From positions 16,919-80,918 of the forward strand of contig CAVYSK010000013.1 in the NCBI GenBank assembly GCA_963771155.1: a stretch of DNA of 64,000 nt, in the 5' to 3' direction. Below are positions 35,389 to 44,371 of this stretch, in pieces (position 1 is the stretch's first letter; every line of letters begins with the position of its first letter). The stretch is from an uncultured Chloroflexia bacterium. GTDB lineage: Bacteria; Chloroflexota; Limnocylindria; QHBO01. Made by a program: the position numbers and the translations under genes. The notes beneath the pieces were generated by a model. The model was not told where the DNA came from and searched no databases. It was given only the letters and a program-made list of their open reading frames with translations.

Positions 35389-35901
35389 ATGCCGACGTCG
35401 AGTCCCGCCCGCAGGCCCGCGACGCGCGCCGAAGCGCGCGCCCTGGCGCATCCGCTCCGCCTCCGGATCCTGCGCCTGTGCCTGGACGAAGGGCTCACGA
35501 ACCGCGAGCTGGCGACGCGGCTTCGCGAGCAGCCAGCCACGGTCCTGTACCACGTCCGCACGCTGGCGAAGAACGGCTTCCTGGTGGCGGAGGAGGAGCG
35601 CCGCGGACGGCGCGGCGCACGCGAGATCCCGTACCGGGCGACCCGCAAGTCGTGGACGCTCGAGTTCGAGCCTCGCGGCAGCGACCACGTCGTGCCAGTC
35701 GACGCCTTCCGTGCCGAGATGCTCGAGGCGGGTGCCGAATCCGTGCTCCAGTCGGCTCGACTGGGCATCCGCCTTCGACCGACGGACCTGGCGCGGCTCC
35801 GGCGGCGCATCAAGCGTGCGGTGATGATGGCTCATGACGCCGATCACCCCGACGGCGAGCCGGTCAGCCTCTACGTCGGCCTCCACCGGCGCCAGCGCTG
35901 A
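35389..35901 (+). CDS. ArsR-family winged-helix transcriptional regulator
   Basis: ATG 35389. ALAHPLRLRILRLC...LTNRELATRL...ATVLYHVRTLAKNGF is a typical ArsR/SmtB HTH. Confidence 0.8.
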   Translation: MPTSSPARRPATRAEARALAHPLRLRILRLCLDEGLTNRELATRLREQPATVLYHVRTLAKNGFLVAEEERRGRRGAREIPYRATRKSWTLEFEPRGSDHVVPVDAFRAEMLEAGAESVLQSARLGIRLRPTDLARLRRRIKRAVMMAHDADHPDGEPVSLYVGLHRRQR

Positions 35902-35904
35902 CGC

Positions 35905-36976
35905 TCAGCCGCCCGTCCAGCGCACGACCACCAGGCGATCGGCGGCCGACTCCGCACCCCACACCTCGCCCGGCCTGCCGAGCAGCTGCCGCACGTTGGC
36001 CGGGGAGGACGTGTGCGGGACGCTCATCCACGTCTCGGCATCCGGGTCGAACCGGTGGAGGGCGTTGCCGCCGAAGTCGGTCACCCAGACCGCATCGGTC
36101 TCGTCGACGTAGACCGCATAGGGCTCCGGAGCGTCGCCGGGCACCGGAAACTCGGTCCAGGTCTCGGTCGCCGGGTCGTAGGCGGCAAGCGAGCCGGCGA
36201 ACCACTCGGTGACCCAGAGCGTGCCCGTCGAGTCTGACCAGACGCGGCGCGCTCCACCGCCCGAGGTCGGCGTGTCGATCACCGTCACCTCGGCACTGTC
36301 GCGATCGATCAGACCGAGGTAGCTGCCGGCCAGGGAGCTGTAGGCGACCTCCCCGTCCGGGTCGGTCGCGATCCCGTATGGACCGGTGCCTCGCGGGGCG
36401 GCGTACGTCGTGAGCGCGCCGGTCTCCGGATCGAGCCGCCCGTACCAGCCGTTCTGGCCGGTGAACCACAGGATCCCGTCGCCATCGAACGTGGCCGTAT
36501 TCAGGTTGGCGTCGGGCACGTCGAGCGGATACGTCGTGACCTCCAGGCTCTCGGCGTCGACGCGCACGATCGCGTTCAGCCCACCATCGGTCAGCCAGGC
36601 GTCGCCGTCGGAACCAGTGATCACGCCATGCGGCGCCGACCCTGACCCGAGCGCCACCTCACGCACCTCACCGGTGTCCGGGTCCAGCCATCCGAGGGTG
36701 CCGTTGCCCTGGCCGGAGTACCAGACCCCACCATCGGCCGCCGGCGCCACGTCGTGCGGTTGGCTCCCGGCGGGCACGTCGTAGCTCACCATCTCGAATG
36801 TCAGCTCCGCGGCCTCGCTCGGCGACGGAGAGGGCGGCGGCGTTCCGGTCGCCTCGGTCGTGGCCCGAGGCGAGGGCGACGGCGATGGGGTGGCGGCGAG
36901 ATGGCGACGAGGAGTCCGGCGGTGCGCCGCACGCGGCCAGCACGATCGCGACGAGCGTGACGAGCGGCCGTCTCAT
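35905..36976 (-). pseudogene. Vgb-like (streptogramin-lyase-like) beta-propeller lipoprotein, frameshifted near the N-terminus
   Basis: The propeller repeats (ORF 35905..36792) have no upstream start in frame. A lipoprotein signal MRRPLVTLVAIVLAAC starts at ATG 36976 (ATGA overlap with the nagA stop) in another frame. The frames join through a PSPSPS linker at G4 run 36887-36890. Confidence 0.7.
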
Positions 36977-38127
36977 TCGGGGTCCTCGTGGGCAACGGCG
37001 CCGCCGACAATCGTCATCCGCACCCGGAGCTCGGCGTCGAGCAGGACGACGTCCGCCAGCGCGCCGACGCCGAGGTGGCCTCGTTCGCGTTCGCCGAGGA
37101 GGGTGGCCGGGGTCGCGGTGACCGCCTCCACGGCGGCACGCGGCGAACCGGTGACACGAGCCAGCTCGCGGACGCACGCGTCAAGACCCGCGACGCTTCC
37201 TGCAAGCGCGCCGTTCGGGCCGGGCAGACGGGCTTGACCGTCGTGCACCCCGACGTCGCGCCCGCCGAGCCGATGCGTCCCATCGGGAAGGCCGAGCGCG
37301 GCGATCGCGTCGCTGACCAGCGACAGCCGGCCCGGGGCGACGCGCGCCACGAGCTCGACGACGGTGGGGTCGAGGTGGTGGCCGTCCAGGATCATCCCCA
37401 GCGTGACGCGATCGTCAGCCAGGAGCGCACCGACGACGCCGGGAGCGCGATGCGACAGCGGGGGCATGGCGTTGAACAGGTGCGTCGCGTAGCGAGCTCC
37501 GGCGTCGATGCCCCGTCGGGTCGCGGCGGCGTCGGCATCGGTATGGCCGATCGCGGCCACCACCCCGTCCGCGCTCAGCCGTTCGATGATCGCCGTCGCA
37601 CCCGGGAGCTCTGGCGCCAGCGTCAGGATCCTCAGGCCGCCCGACCCGACCCAGGACTCGACCTCCGCGAGATCCGGTGGACGCAGGCAGCCCGGATCGT
37701 GGGCGCCGGCCCGCTCCGGGGCGAGGTACGGGCCCTCGGCGTGGATGCCGAGCGGCACCGGCGTTCCCGTCGCCGCGCTGCCGGCGCGGAACGCCTGGAG
37801 AGCAGCGTCCACCGATCCGCGGGGCGCGCTGACGATCGTCGGCAGGAAGGCGGTCACGCCGTACCGTGCGGGGCCGGACCCGAGCGACCACATCGCGCTT
37901 GGGTCGGTTGTGAAGTCGTGCCCGTCGATCCCGTTGAGCTGCAGCTCGATGAAGCCGGGCACGGCCACCAGCCCCTTGCCGTCCACGACCCGCGTGTCGT
38001 CGCCCACGCGCTGGGCGGCGCCGTCGACCGCAGCAACGCGACCATCGGCCAGAAGGATCGCCGATGGACCGCCGAGGTCGCCCACCATCTCGCTGAGGCC
38101 GGTGACGAGGATCGGCCGGTCGGACAT
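36973..38127 (-). CDS. nagA: N-acetylglucosamine-6-phosphate deacetylase
   Basis: 384-aa ORF. PGFIELQLNG near the N-terminus and overall amidohydrolase layout are typical of NagA. Confidence 0.85.
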   Translation of the reverse strand: MSDRPILVTGLSEMVGDLGGPSAILLADGRVAAVDGAAQRVGDDTRVVDGKGLVAVPGFIELQLNGIDGHDFTTDPSAMWSLGSGPARYGVTAFLPTIVSAPRGSVDAALQAFRAGSAATGTPVPLGIHAEGPYLAPERAGAHDPGCLRPPDLAEVESWVGSGGLRILTLAPELPGATAIIERLSADGVVAAIGHTDADAAATRRGIDAGARYATHLFNAMPPLSHRAPGVVGALLADDRVTLGMILDGHHLDPTVVELVARVAPGRLSLVSDAIAALGLPDGTHRLGGRDVGVHDGQARLPGPNGALAGSVAGLDACVRELARVTGSPRAAVEAVTATPATLLGERERGHLGVGALADVVLLDAELRVRMTIVGGAVAHEDPE

Positions 38128-38136
38128 GGGTACAGC

Positions 38137-38883
38137 CTAGAGCGCGAGGGTCCTGCGCAGGAAGTCGAGGCGATCCGCGCGTGCCTCCGGCGCTCGCACG
38201 CCGTGATCGGCATCGTAGGCGTGAAGCTCCTTCGGCTCGGCCGCCGCACCGTGCAGCTCGAGCCCGGTCATGTCCGCGATGAAGAAGTCGGCCTTCGCGA
38301 ACTGGAGGCAGACCGGACGTGGGGCGAGCTCACCGATGCGGGTGATCGGATCGACCGGCGCCAGCGCTCGCAGGTAGTCCCACCGGTCGTCGACGATCGG
38401 CCAGAACGGCAGGAACCAGTCGCCCCAGCGTGGCGTGGGCGCGATGAGGACCGCGGCGGCGATTCGGTCGTCGTCCGCCGCCAGGTTCACGCCGTGCATG
38501 GCGCCGAAGTCGTGGCCGACGAGGCCGATGCGTCCCTGCTCCACGTCGTCGCGGCCGGCCAGCAGGTCGATCGCCTGCCGGTGACCGGCGACTTCGGCCC
38601 GGATTCGCGCCAGGTCAGCTTCGGCGTCGGTCGGCGCGCCGGCCCATGGGAAGCGGCCCTGCGGCAGGATCGAGACCACGCCGTGGTCGCGGGCCATGGC
38701 TTCCGCCTCCCCAAGAAACTGGTCGCGGTTGCCGTCGGGCGCCTCGGTGTCGAACCAGTGCAGCCACAGGATCGCGGCGCCCCGTCCGCCGTCGGCGGGC
38801 TCGATCAGCCACGCCTGGGAGCCATCGATGGTGAGGTCGTGGGCCAGGACGCCGTGCGGTTCGTCGTGCCTCGCGTTGGTCAT
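38137..38883 (-). CDS. alpha/beta hydrolase
   Basis: Start at ATG 38883 (MTNARHDEP...). Nucleophile-elbow-like motif LVGHDFGA. The track ORF extends 267 nt further only because it reads through repeat copy 2. Confidence 0.75.
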   Translation of the reverse strand: MTNARHDEPHGVLAHDLTIDGSQAWLIEPADGGRGAAILWLHWFDTEAPDGNRDQFLGEAEAMARDHGVVSILPQGRFPWAGAPTDAEADLARIRAEVAGHRQAIDLLAGRDDVEQGRIGLVGHDFGAMHGVNLAADDDRIAAAVLIAPTPRWGDWFLPFWPIVDDRWDYLRALAPVDPITRIGELAPRPVCLQFAKADFFIADMTGLELHGAAAEPKELHAYDADHGVRAPEARADRLDFLRRTLAL

Positions 38884-38961
38884 CGGTGCCTCGTCACTCC
38901 TCGCAGAACGTACGCCAACCGGCGTCTCGCCGTTCGATTCTCGCTCCACGCACAATTCGGA

Positions 38962-39228
38962 GGGCACGACGAAATGTCCCGGAGGAACAAGGCGGCCGAC
39001 CTCGGTGACCGAAGCCACCGGTGCCGTCCGGTTCCTTCGGCCGAAGCCTCCGGACCCGGTCCCGGAACTCATGATCGAAATCGTGTGATCCGGTGTCGCT
39101 TGCCCCTTCGGGACGACCTCAGTATCGGGTCGCGGCCAGACGAGACGCAATACCAGTTATCCCCGAGATTGCGAGCCCGGGGCGGAGCTGTCCACAGCCC
39201 ATCCACGACGGGCCCGGCAGCGCCGCGG
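38962..39228. repeat. 267-nt structured dispersed repeat, copy 2 (candidate ncRNA or MITE-like element)
   Basis: Matches 17780..18046 with differences only at 38982 (G vs A) and 39155 (A vs G). Lies between two minus-strand genes. Confidence 0.9.
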
Positions 39229-39235
39229 GCAGCCT

Positions 39236-39397
39236 TCAGACAGAGCGGCGGGTACCGGCGAGACCAAGCAGGCCGCCGGCGAACACCGACAACAGACCGA
39301 TCACCACCATCGCGAGGTTGCCCGCCAGCAGGAAGCCGAGGACGGCGATGACGACGCCGAGAACGATGAGGGTCGCCGAAGCGAAGTTCGTGTACAT
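39236..39397 (-). CDS. small hydrophobic membrane protein (53 aa; below the track length cutoff)
   Basis: Manual translation gives MYTNFASATLIVLGVVIAVLGFLLAGNLAMVVIGLLSVFAGGLLGLAGTRRSV, with two predicted TM spans and GC-rich third positions. Confidence 0.4.
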   Translation of the reverse strand: MYTNFASATLIVLGVVIAVLGFLLAGNLAMVVIGLLSVFAGGLLGLAGTRRSV

Positions 39398-39596
39398 CGA
39401 TGCAGGGTCGCGGACCTGTGGCGAGGCGTCATCGGGCGTGCGTCGCGAGGGCGGAGCGCAATGCGGCTACGTCGGATGTCGCACCGTCAACATCGGCGCA
39501 TCCGCACTGGTTCGAGATCCCTTCGCGAGCGAGGATGGATCCGCAGGAGTCCGCTCGGGCTCCGCTTTGCCATGACGCTGCCAATCCGGAGGACCG

Positions 39597-40652
39597 ATGA
39601 CCACTACCGCCGCCGACGCGCTCGTCGAGCGACTGTTTTCTGCCGCCGTCGCCAGCTTCGACCTCGCCGGGGTGTACCTGGGTGATCGGCTGGGCTGGTA
39701 TGCCAGCCTGGCAGCCGATGGCCCGGCCACGCCCGATGAGCTGGCCGAGCGAACCGGCACCGATGCGCGCTACGCCCGCGAGTGGCTCGAGCAGCAGGCG
39801 GTGGCCGGGTTGCTCGCCGTGGATGGCGACCACCGGTTCTCGATGCCGGACGGCCACGCCGAGGTCCTCGTCGACCCGGTCAGCATCAACCTCATGGCCC
39901 CGCTGTCCCGGATGGTTGTCGCCGCCCTCGGTCGCCTCCCCGCAGTGGCGGAGGCGTACCGCACCGGTGCGGGCGTGGAGTGGGAGTCCTACGGGGCCGA
40001 CATGCGCGAGGGCCAGGCCGCGTTCAATCGGCCGGCGCTGACCCATCTCCTGGGCACCGAATGGCTGCCGGGTGCGCCGGACGTCCACGCGCGGCTGCGC
40101 GCCGATCCTCCCGCCAGGATTGCCGACATCGGCTGCGGGGAGGGGTGGTCGACGATCGCCATGGCACGGGCATACCCGAACGCGAAGTTCGTCGGCGTCG
40201 ATCTCGACGCCCCGTCGATCGAGGCCGCGCGACGGCACGCGGCCGATGCCGGAGTCGGCGACCGGGTCGAGTTCCGCCACGCAGACGCGGCAGCCCTCGA
40301 GGGAGATTTCGACGCCGCCCTCATCGTCGAGGCGGTGCACGACATGGCCAACCCGGTGCCAGTGCTCGCCGCGGTGCGCGGCGCGCTTCGCGAGGGGGGA
40401 TCGCTCATCGTGGTCGATGAGCGGGTGGCCGAGACGTTCACCGCCCCGGGCGACGACATCGAGCGGTTCATGTACGGGTGGAGCATCACGACCTGCCTGC
40501 CCGACGGACGGTCGCGCCAACCATCACGCGCGACGGGGACGGTGATGCGTCCGGACACGCTGCGTGCATACGCGACCGAGGCGGGGTTCGGGTCGGTCGA
40601 GGTCCTGGCTGTCGAGAACGACTTCTTCCGCTTCTACCAGCTTCGCCCATAG
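39597..40652 (+). CDS. class I SAM-dependent methyltransferase with N-terminal winged-helix-like domain
   Basis: 351-aa ORF with GGAGG 5 nt upstream. SAM motif IADIGCGEGWSTIAMA and VGVDLD. Confidence 0.85.
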   Translation: MTTTAADALVERLFSAAVASFDLAGVYLGDRLGWYASLAADGPATPDELAERTGTDARYAREWLEQQAVAGLLAVDGDHRFSMPDGHAEVLVDPVSINLMAPLSRMVVAALGRLPAVAEAYRTGAGVEWESYGADMREGQAAFNRPALTHLLGTEWLPGAPDVHARLRADPPARIADIGCGEGWSTIAMARAYPNAKFVGVDLDAPSIEAARRHAADAGVGDRVEFRHADAAALEGDFDAALIVEAVHDMANPVPVLAAVRGALREGGSLIVVDERVAETFTAPGDDIERFMYGWSITTCLPDGRSRQPSRATGTVMRPDTLRAYATEAGFGSVEVLAVENDFFRFYQLRP

Positions 40653-40675
40653 GCGGGGCCGGAGAGAGGCGAGGG

Positions 40676-40798
40676 TCAGCCGAACAGCGGGACGAGGATC
40701 GCGGTCAGGACGACGGCCACGAGGAGCAGCATGGCGGCAATGCCGAGCTCTCGATCGGAGATCGTGGCGGGGTCGTGGCTCGGGTGGCGGCGGAGCAT
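40676..40798 (-). CDS. small hydrophobic protein (40 aa; below the track length cutoff)
   Basis: Manual translation gives MLRRHPSHDPATISDRELGIAAMLLLVAVVLTAILVPLFG. AGGAG lies 7 nt upstream of the ATG. One TM span. Confidence 0.35.
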   Translation of the reverse strand: MLRRHPSHDPATISDRELGIAAMLLLVAVVLTAILVPLFG

Positions 40799-40884
40799 CG
40801 GAGACTCCTGATGAACCTGGTAGTGGTGACGGTACGCCACACGTGTGAAGATCGGATCAAGCAGGTGTCGCGGATGCGTCTACG

Positions 40885-42795
40885 TCATTCGGCCGAGTCG
40901 TCCGGCTCCTCGAGTGGAAGCACCTGGTGGCGCGCGTCGTCGCGAATGGCCCAGCCGTCGAGCTTGCCGCCCGAGATCAGCATGAACGCGACACCGCCGA
41001 CCTTCACCGTGGCGAGTGTCTCCAGCTCGCTGCCCGCCCCGCCGTTGACCTCGCGCCGTTCGACGACGCGGCCGAGGCCGTCGAAGCGGAACGCCGTCCA
41101 TTCCCCCAGCCCGAGCGTGAGCGCCGCGCGGCCGCCGAGCGCCTCGACGGAGCCGGTCCGGATGGCGAACGATTCCGAGGGTGCCAGCGAGGTGTCGATG
41201 CGCAGCCACTGGCCGCCGGCATGGGGGTCAGACGCTGCGACCCGCACCAGGAGTGCCCCGTCGGCGACCAGCCGCCGATCGACGGCAACGGACCTCGTCG
41301 ACGGAAGTGCCCAGCGTCCGTCGGGCGTGGCCACGTCGGCGTCGACGATGTACCGGGAATGGCCGCCGCTGGGAAGCTCGATCTCGGTGTCCGGCGCGTA
41401 GGTCGCCGCGTCGATCAGCCCGGGGAGATGGGCATCCGCGGATTCCGCAACCCACCAGCCGGCGAGGCTGGCGGTGCCGATCTCCAGCCACGATCCCGGC
41501 TGCCCCGGCAGCCGCGAGCGCCGCGCGGCGCTCAGCCAGCGGACGTCGGCGACCTCGAGCATCCGTTCCTCGACGATAGCTCCGAGGGCGTCCACCCTGA
41601 CGAGCCGATGCATGCCCGACCGGAGCACCATCGGCGTCTCGTCCTCCAACGGATCGGCATCCAGCCGGGTCCCCAGGCTCCACGACTTCGCCGCCGCGGG
41701 GTTCCCGGCGTGGTCCGTGACGCCGTCCGCGAGCTCGAGCCGGTAGCGGGTCCCGAGCGCCAGGGCGGTGTCGGGTCGCAGCGTTGCCTCGTTCGTCTTC
41801 GCGTCGAGGGTGACTTCGGCTGGCACCGGCTTGTCCCCCGGGCCAACCAGGCGGAGCGCGTCGGCGTCGACCCCGAGGACCGGCTCGGTGAATGCCACTT
41901 GTAGAACGCTGCCCAGCGCCAGGTCGCTCGTCGGTGTCGAGAGCTTCGCCGTCGGGGCGTCCGGATCCCACGATCGTTCAGGCACGGCAGCGGGATTGCC
42001 TGCGAACGCATACCAGTAGTTCGGCGGGCCGTCGGCATATTTCGTTCGGTGCAGCCAGACCTGCTGCCCGGAGCTGATCGGGTGACCGTACGCCCGAAGC
42101 GCGGCAGGCACGTAGCGCCGATCGGTGGCGAAGAGCGTGCCGTACGACGTCTGACGGTTGGCCAGCAGGCGACCGACGAGGTCCGCGGCACCGCGGTCGA
42201 AGTCGACCGCGTAGTACGCGGAGCCGCCCATCCGGAACACCTTGCGCGAGTAGTGGGCCACGCGCTGGAGCGCCTCGGCCTCTGTGGCTGCCCGATGCCC
42301 GCCCTCCGACGCGCCGGGTGCATAGCAGACGTTCGAGTAGACCATCACGAAGCCCGGAGCGGGGCGTGCGTTCGCCACGATCCAGTCCTCGCCGTAATAG
42401 GCCAGCTCGCCGCCGAGCGAGTCGCCGTGGGTCCCGTGAGCGCCCGGGCCCTGAAGTGCCCAACCGTTCTGTCGAGCGGTGTTCAACCCACCGTACGGGC
42501 TGGGGTGCCCGTAGCCATGACCGAAGTAGATGACGATCTGCGCGCCTTCGACCGCGGCCAGCACGTTGGCAGGGGTCGCGTTCGGGGAGTAGGCACGGGC
42601 GACCGTTGCGCCCTGCCGCTCCGCCTCAGCGGCAGCAAGCTCGGCGAGATGCAGATAGGTCGATGTCAACGATCCGACGGGTCCGACGATGATCGCAACA
42701 CGGGTGGGTGAGGCTGCGGCCGCGGCGGATGCCGGCAGGCCGATGCTGGCCGCCAGGCTCACGATGAGCAGGGCAGCAAGAAACAGGCGGCGCAA
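40885..42795 (-). CDS. large secreted protein: caspase-fold-like (His/Cys) N-domain, Ig-like domain, three SH3b-like repeats
   Basis: TTG 42795 (AGGAG about 10 nt upstream) gives the signal peptide MRRLFLAALLIVSLAASIGLPASA. VIYFGHG and VMVYSNVCYAPG resemble the clan CD His and Cys strands. The track start at 42855 adds 20 aa. Confidence 0.75.
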   Translation of the reverse strand: MRRLFLAALLIVSLAASIGLPASAAAAASPTRVAIIVGPVGSLTSTYLHLAELAAAEAERQGATVARAYSPNATPANVLAAVEGAQIVIYFGHGYGHPSPYGGLNTARQNGWALQGPGAHGTHGDSLGGELAYYGEDWIVANARPAPGFVMVYSNVCYAPGASEGGHRAATEAEALQRVAHYSRKVFRMGGSAYYAVDFDRGAADLVGRLLANRQTSYGTLFATDRRYVPAALRAYGHPISSGQQVWLHRTKYADGPPNYWYAFAGNPAAVPERSWDPDAPTAKLSTPTSDLALGSVLQVAFTEPVLGVDADALRLVGPGDKPVPAEVTLDAKTNEATLRPDTALALGTRYRLELADGVTDHAGNPAAAKSWSLGTRLDADPLEDETPMVLRSGMHRLVRVDALGAIVEERMLEVADVRWLSAARRSRLPGQPGSWLEIGTASLAGWWVAESADAHLPGLIDAATYAPDTEIELPSGGHSRYIVDADVATPDGRWALPSTRSVAVDRRLVADGALLVRVAASDPHAGGQWLRIDTSLAPSESFAIRTGSVEALGGRAALTLGLGEWTAFRFDGLGRVVERREVNGGAGSELETLATVKVGGVAFMLISGGKLDGWAIRDDARHQVLPLEEPDDSAE

Positions 42796-42877
42796 GGAGG
42801 AGAGCTCCTGGAGGAAGGGCGATAAGTCCGACCGGACCAATCGGCCCGTGGGCACACCGTACGGTCACGTGGCTTGA

Positions 42878-44368
42878 GTGCCTATGACCGATGGGCGCGG
42901 GGCGGATAGTACTTCCGGCGGGGGATCTGCGCTCGCGAGCCTCATCTGCGACGATGCGCGCGTGAACCAGCGGCGGACGAAGCTCGTCTGCACCATCGGG
43001 CCCGCGACGCTCGACCGGGTCGACGATCTGGTTGCGGCCGGGATGGACGTGGCGCGAATCAACTTCTCGCACGGCGTGCCCGATGACCATGCGGAGGCCG
43101 CGAAGCGGGTGCGAAACGCCGCCGACCGGTCGGGCCGGACGATCGCGGTCCTCGCGGACCTCGCGGGCCCGAAGATCCGGCTCGGCGATCTCGACACCGA
43201 CACCGTGGAGCTGCACGCCGGAGAGGCGTTCGACCTCCATCCCGAACCGTGGCCGCACGGTGATCAATCGGGCGCTCACGTTAATCGCCCCGTCGCCGAT
43301 GAGCTGCGTCCCGGCGACCGGATCCTGCTGGCCGACGGCGCGGCCGAGCTGCGCGTCGAGTCAGCGGACGGCGTCGTGCACACCGAGGTCGTACGCGGCG
43401 GCACGATCCGCCCGCATGCCGGCGTCAACGTCCCCGCTGAACGCCTGGGCGGCCCGAGCCTGACGGAGCAGGATCGCCGCGACGCGCCACGGGCGGTGAG
43501 GCTCGGTGCCGACTACCTGGCCCAGTCCTTCGTGCGCAGCGCCGCCGATGTCGCCGACCTGCGCGAGCTCCTCGGGGCGGACGGTCCGCGGATCGTGGCG
43601 AAGATCGAGACGCGACCCGCCGTCGACGACTTCGACCGCATCTGCGAGGTCGCCGATGCGGTCATGATCGCGCGCGGCGACCTGGGGGTCGAGCTCCCCT
43701 ACGAGGAGGTTCCGATCCTCCAGAAGGAGCTCGTACGGCACGCGCTCGATCGCGGCGTGCCGACGATCGTCGCGACCCAGATGCTCGAGTCGATGATCGG
43801 CTCGCCGCGGCCGACGCGTGCCGAGGCCTCCGACGTGGCAAACGCGATCTTCGACGGCGCGGACGCGATCATGCTCTCCGGCGAGACGGCCATCGGCGCC
43901 TACCCGGTGCTGGCCGCGGAGGCCGCGGTCCGGATCGCCGAGCTGTGCGAGACGCGCGGAGCGGCCCTGCTGCCTCGGGGAGCTCCGCCACGGGCAGACT
44001 CGGATGCGGGCGCACTGGCGCTGGCCGCGACCACGATCGCCGACCGGAGCCCGGACGTGTCCGCCATCGCGTGCTATACCCGGAGCGGGCAGACTGCGCG
44101 GGTGATCGCCTCGATGCGCCCGCGCACCCCGATCATCGCCTTCTCGCCCGATGCCGCGGTCGTGCGGGCGTTGGGCCTCGTCCGCGGTGTCGAGGCTCGC
44201 GGCTGCGTTCCGCCGCCGGCGCACGACGCGCGACTCACGCTGATGGCCTGGCTGCTCGGCGAGCACGGCACGCTGCCGGCCGGTACGGCGGTCGTGCTGG
44301 TCGCATCGACAGCCACGCCGGGCAGCGGTCCGAACCTGCTCGAGCTGCATCGGCTGCCCGAGGCCTGA
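42878..44368 (+). CDS. pyk: pyruvate kinase
   Basis: RRTKLVCTIGPA, ARINFSHG and MIARGDLGVE motifs. The start is uncertain (GTG 42878, ATG 42884 or GTG 42962). Confidence 0.9.
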   Translation: MPMTDGRGADSTSGGGSALASLICDDARVNQRRTKLVCTIGPATLDRVDDLVAAGMDVARINFSHGVPDDHAEAAKRVRNAADRSGRTIAVLADLAGPKIRLGDLDTDTVELHAGEAFDLHPEPWPHGDQSGAHVNRPVADELRPGDRILLADGAAELRVESADGVVHTEVVRGGTIRPHAGVNVPAERLGGPSLTEQDRRDAPRAVRLGADYLAQSFVRSAADVADLRELLGADGPRIVAKIETRPAVDDFDRICEVADAVMIARGDLGVELPYEEVPILQKELVRHALDRGVPTIVATQMLESMIGSPRPTRAEASDVANAIFDGADAIMLSGETAIGAYPVLAAEAAVRIAELCETRGAALLPRGAPPRADSDAGALALAATTIADRSPDVSAIACYTRSGQTARVIASMRPRTPIIAFSPDAAVVRALGLVRGVEARGCVPPPAHDARLTLMAWLLGEHGTLPAGTAVVLVASTATPGSGPNLLELHRLPEA

Positions 44369-44371
44369 CCC

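Noticed and set aside
17780-39228. Interpreting the repeat-bracketed 21-kb segment as an integrated genomic island or prophage
   Set aside because: The segment holds no integrase, excisionase, tRNA, phage or conjugation genes, and its content is ordinary metabolism. It is kept only as a recombination hypothesis in the findings.
36988-39351. 787-aa plus-strand ORF
   Set aside because: It is antisense to nagA and the alpha/beta hydrolase, runs through repeat copy 2, is Arg-rich and carries no domain signatures.
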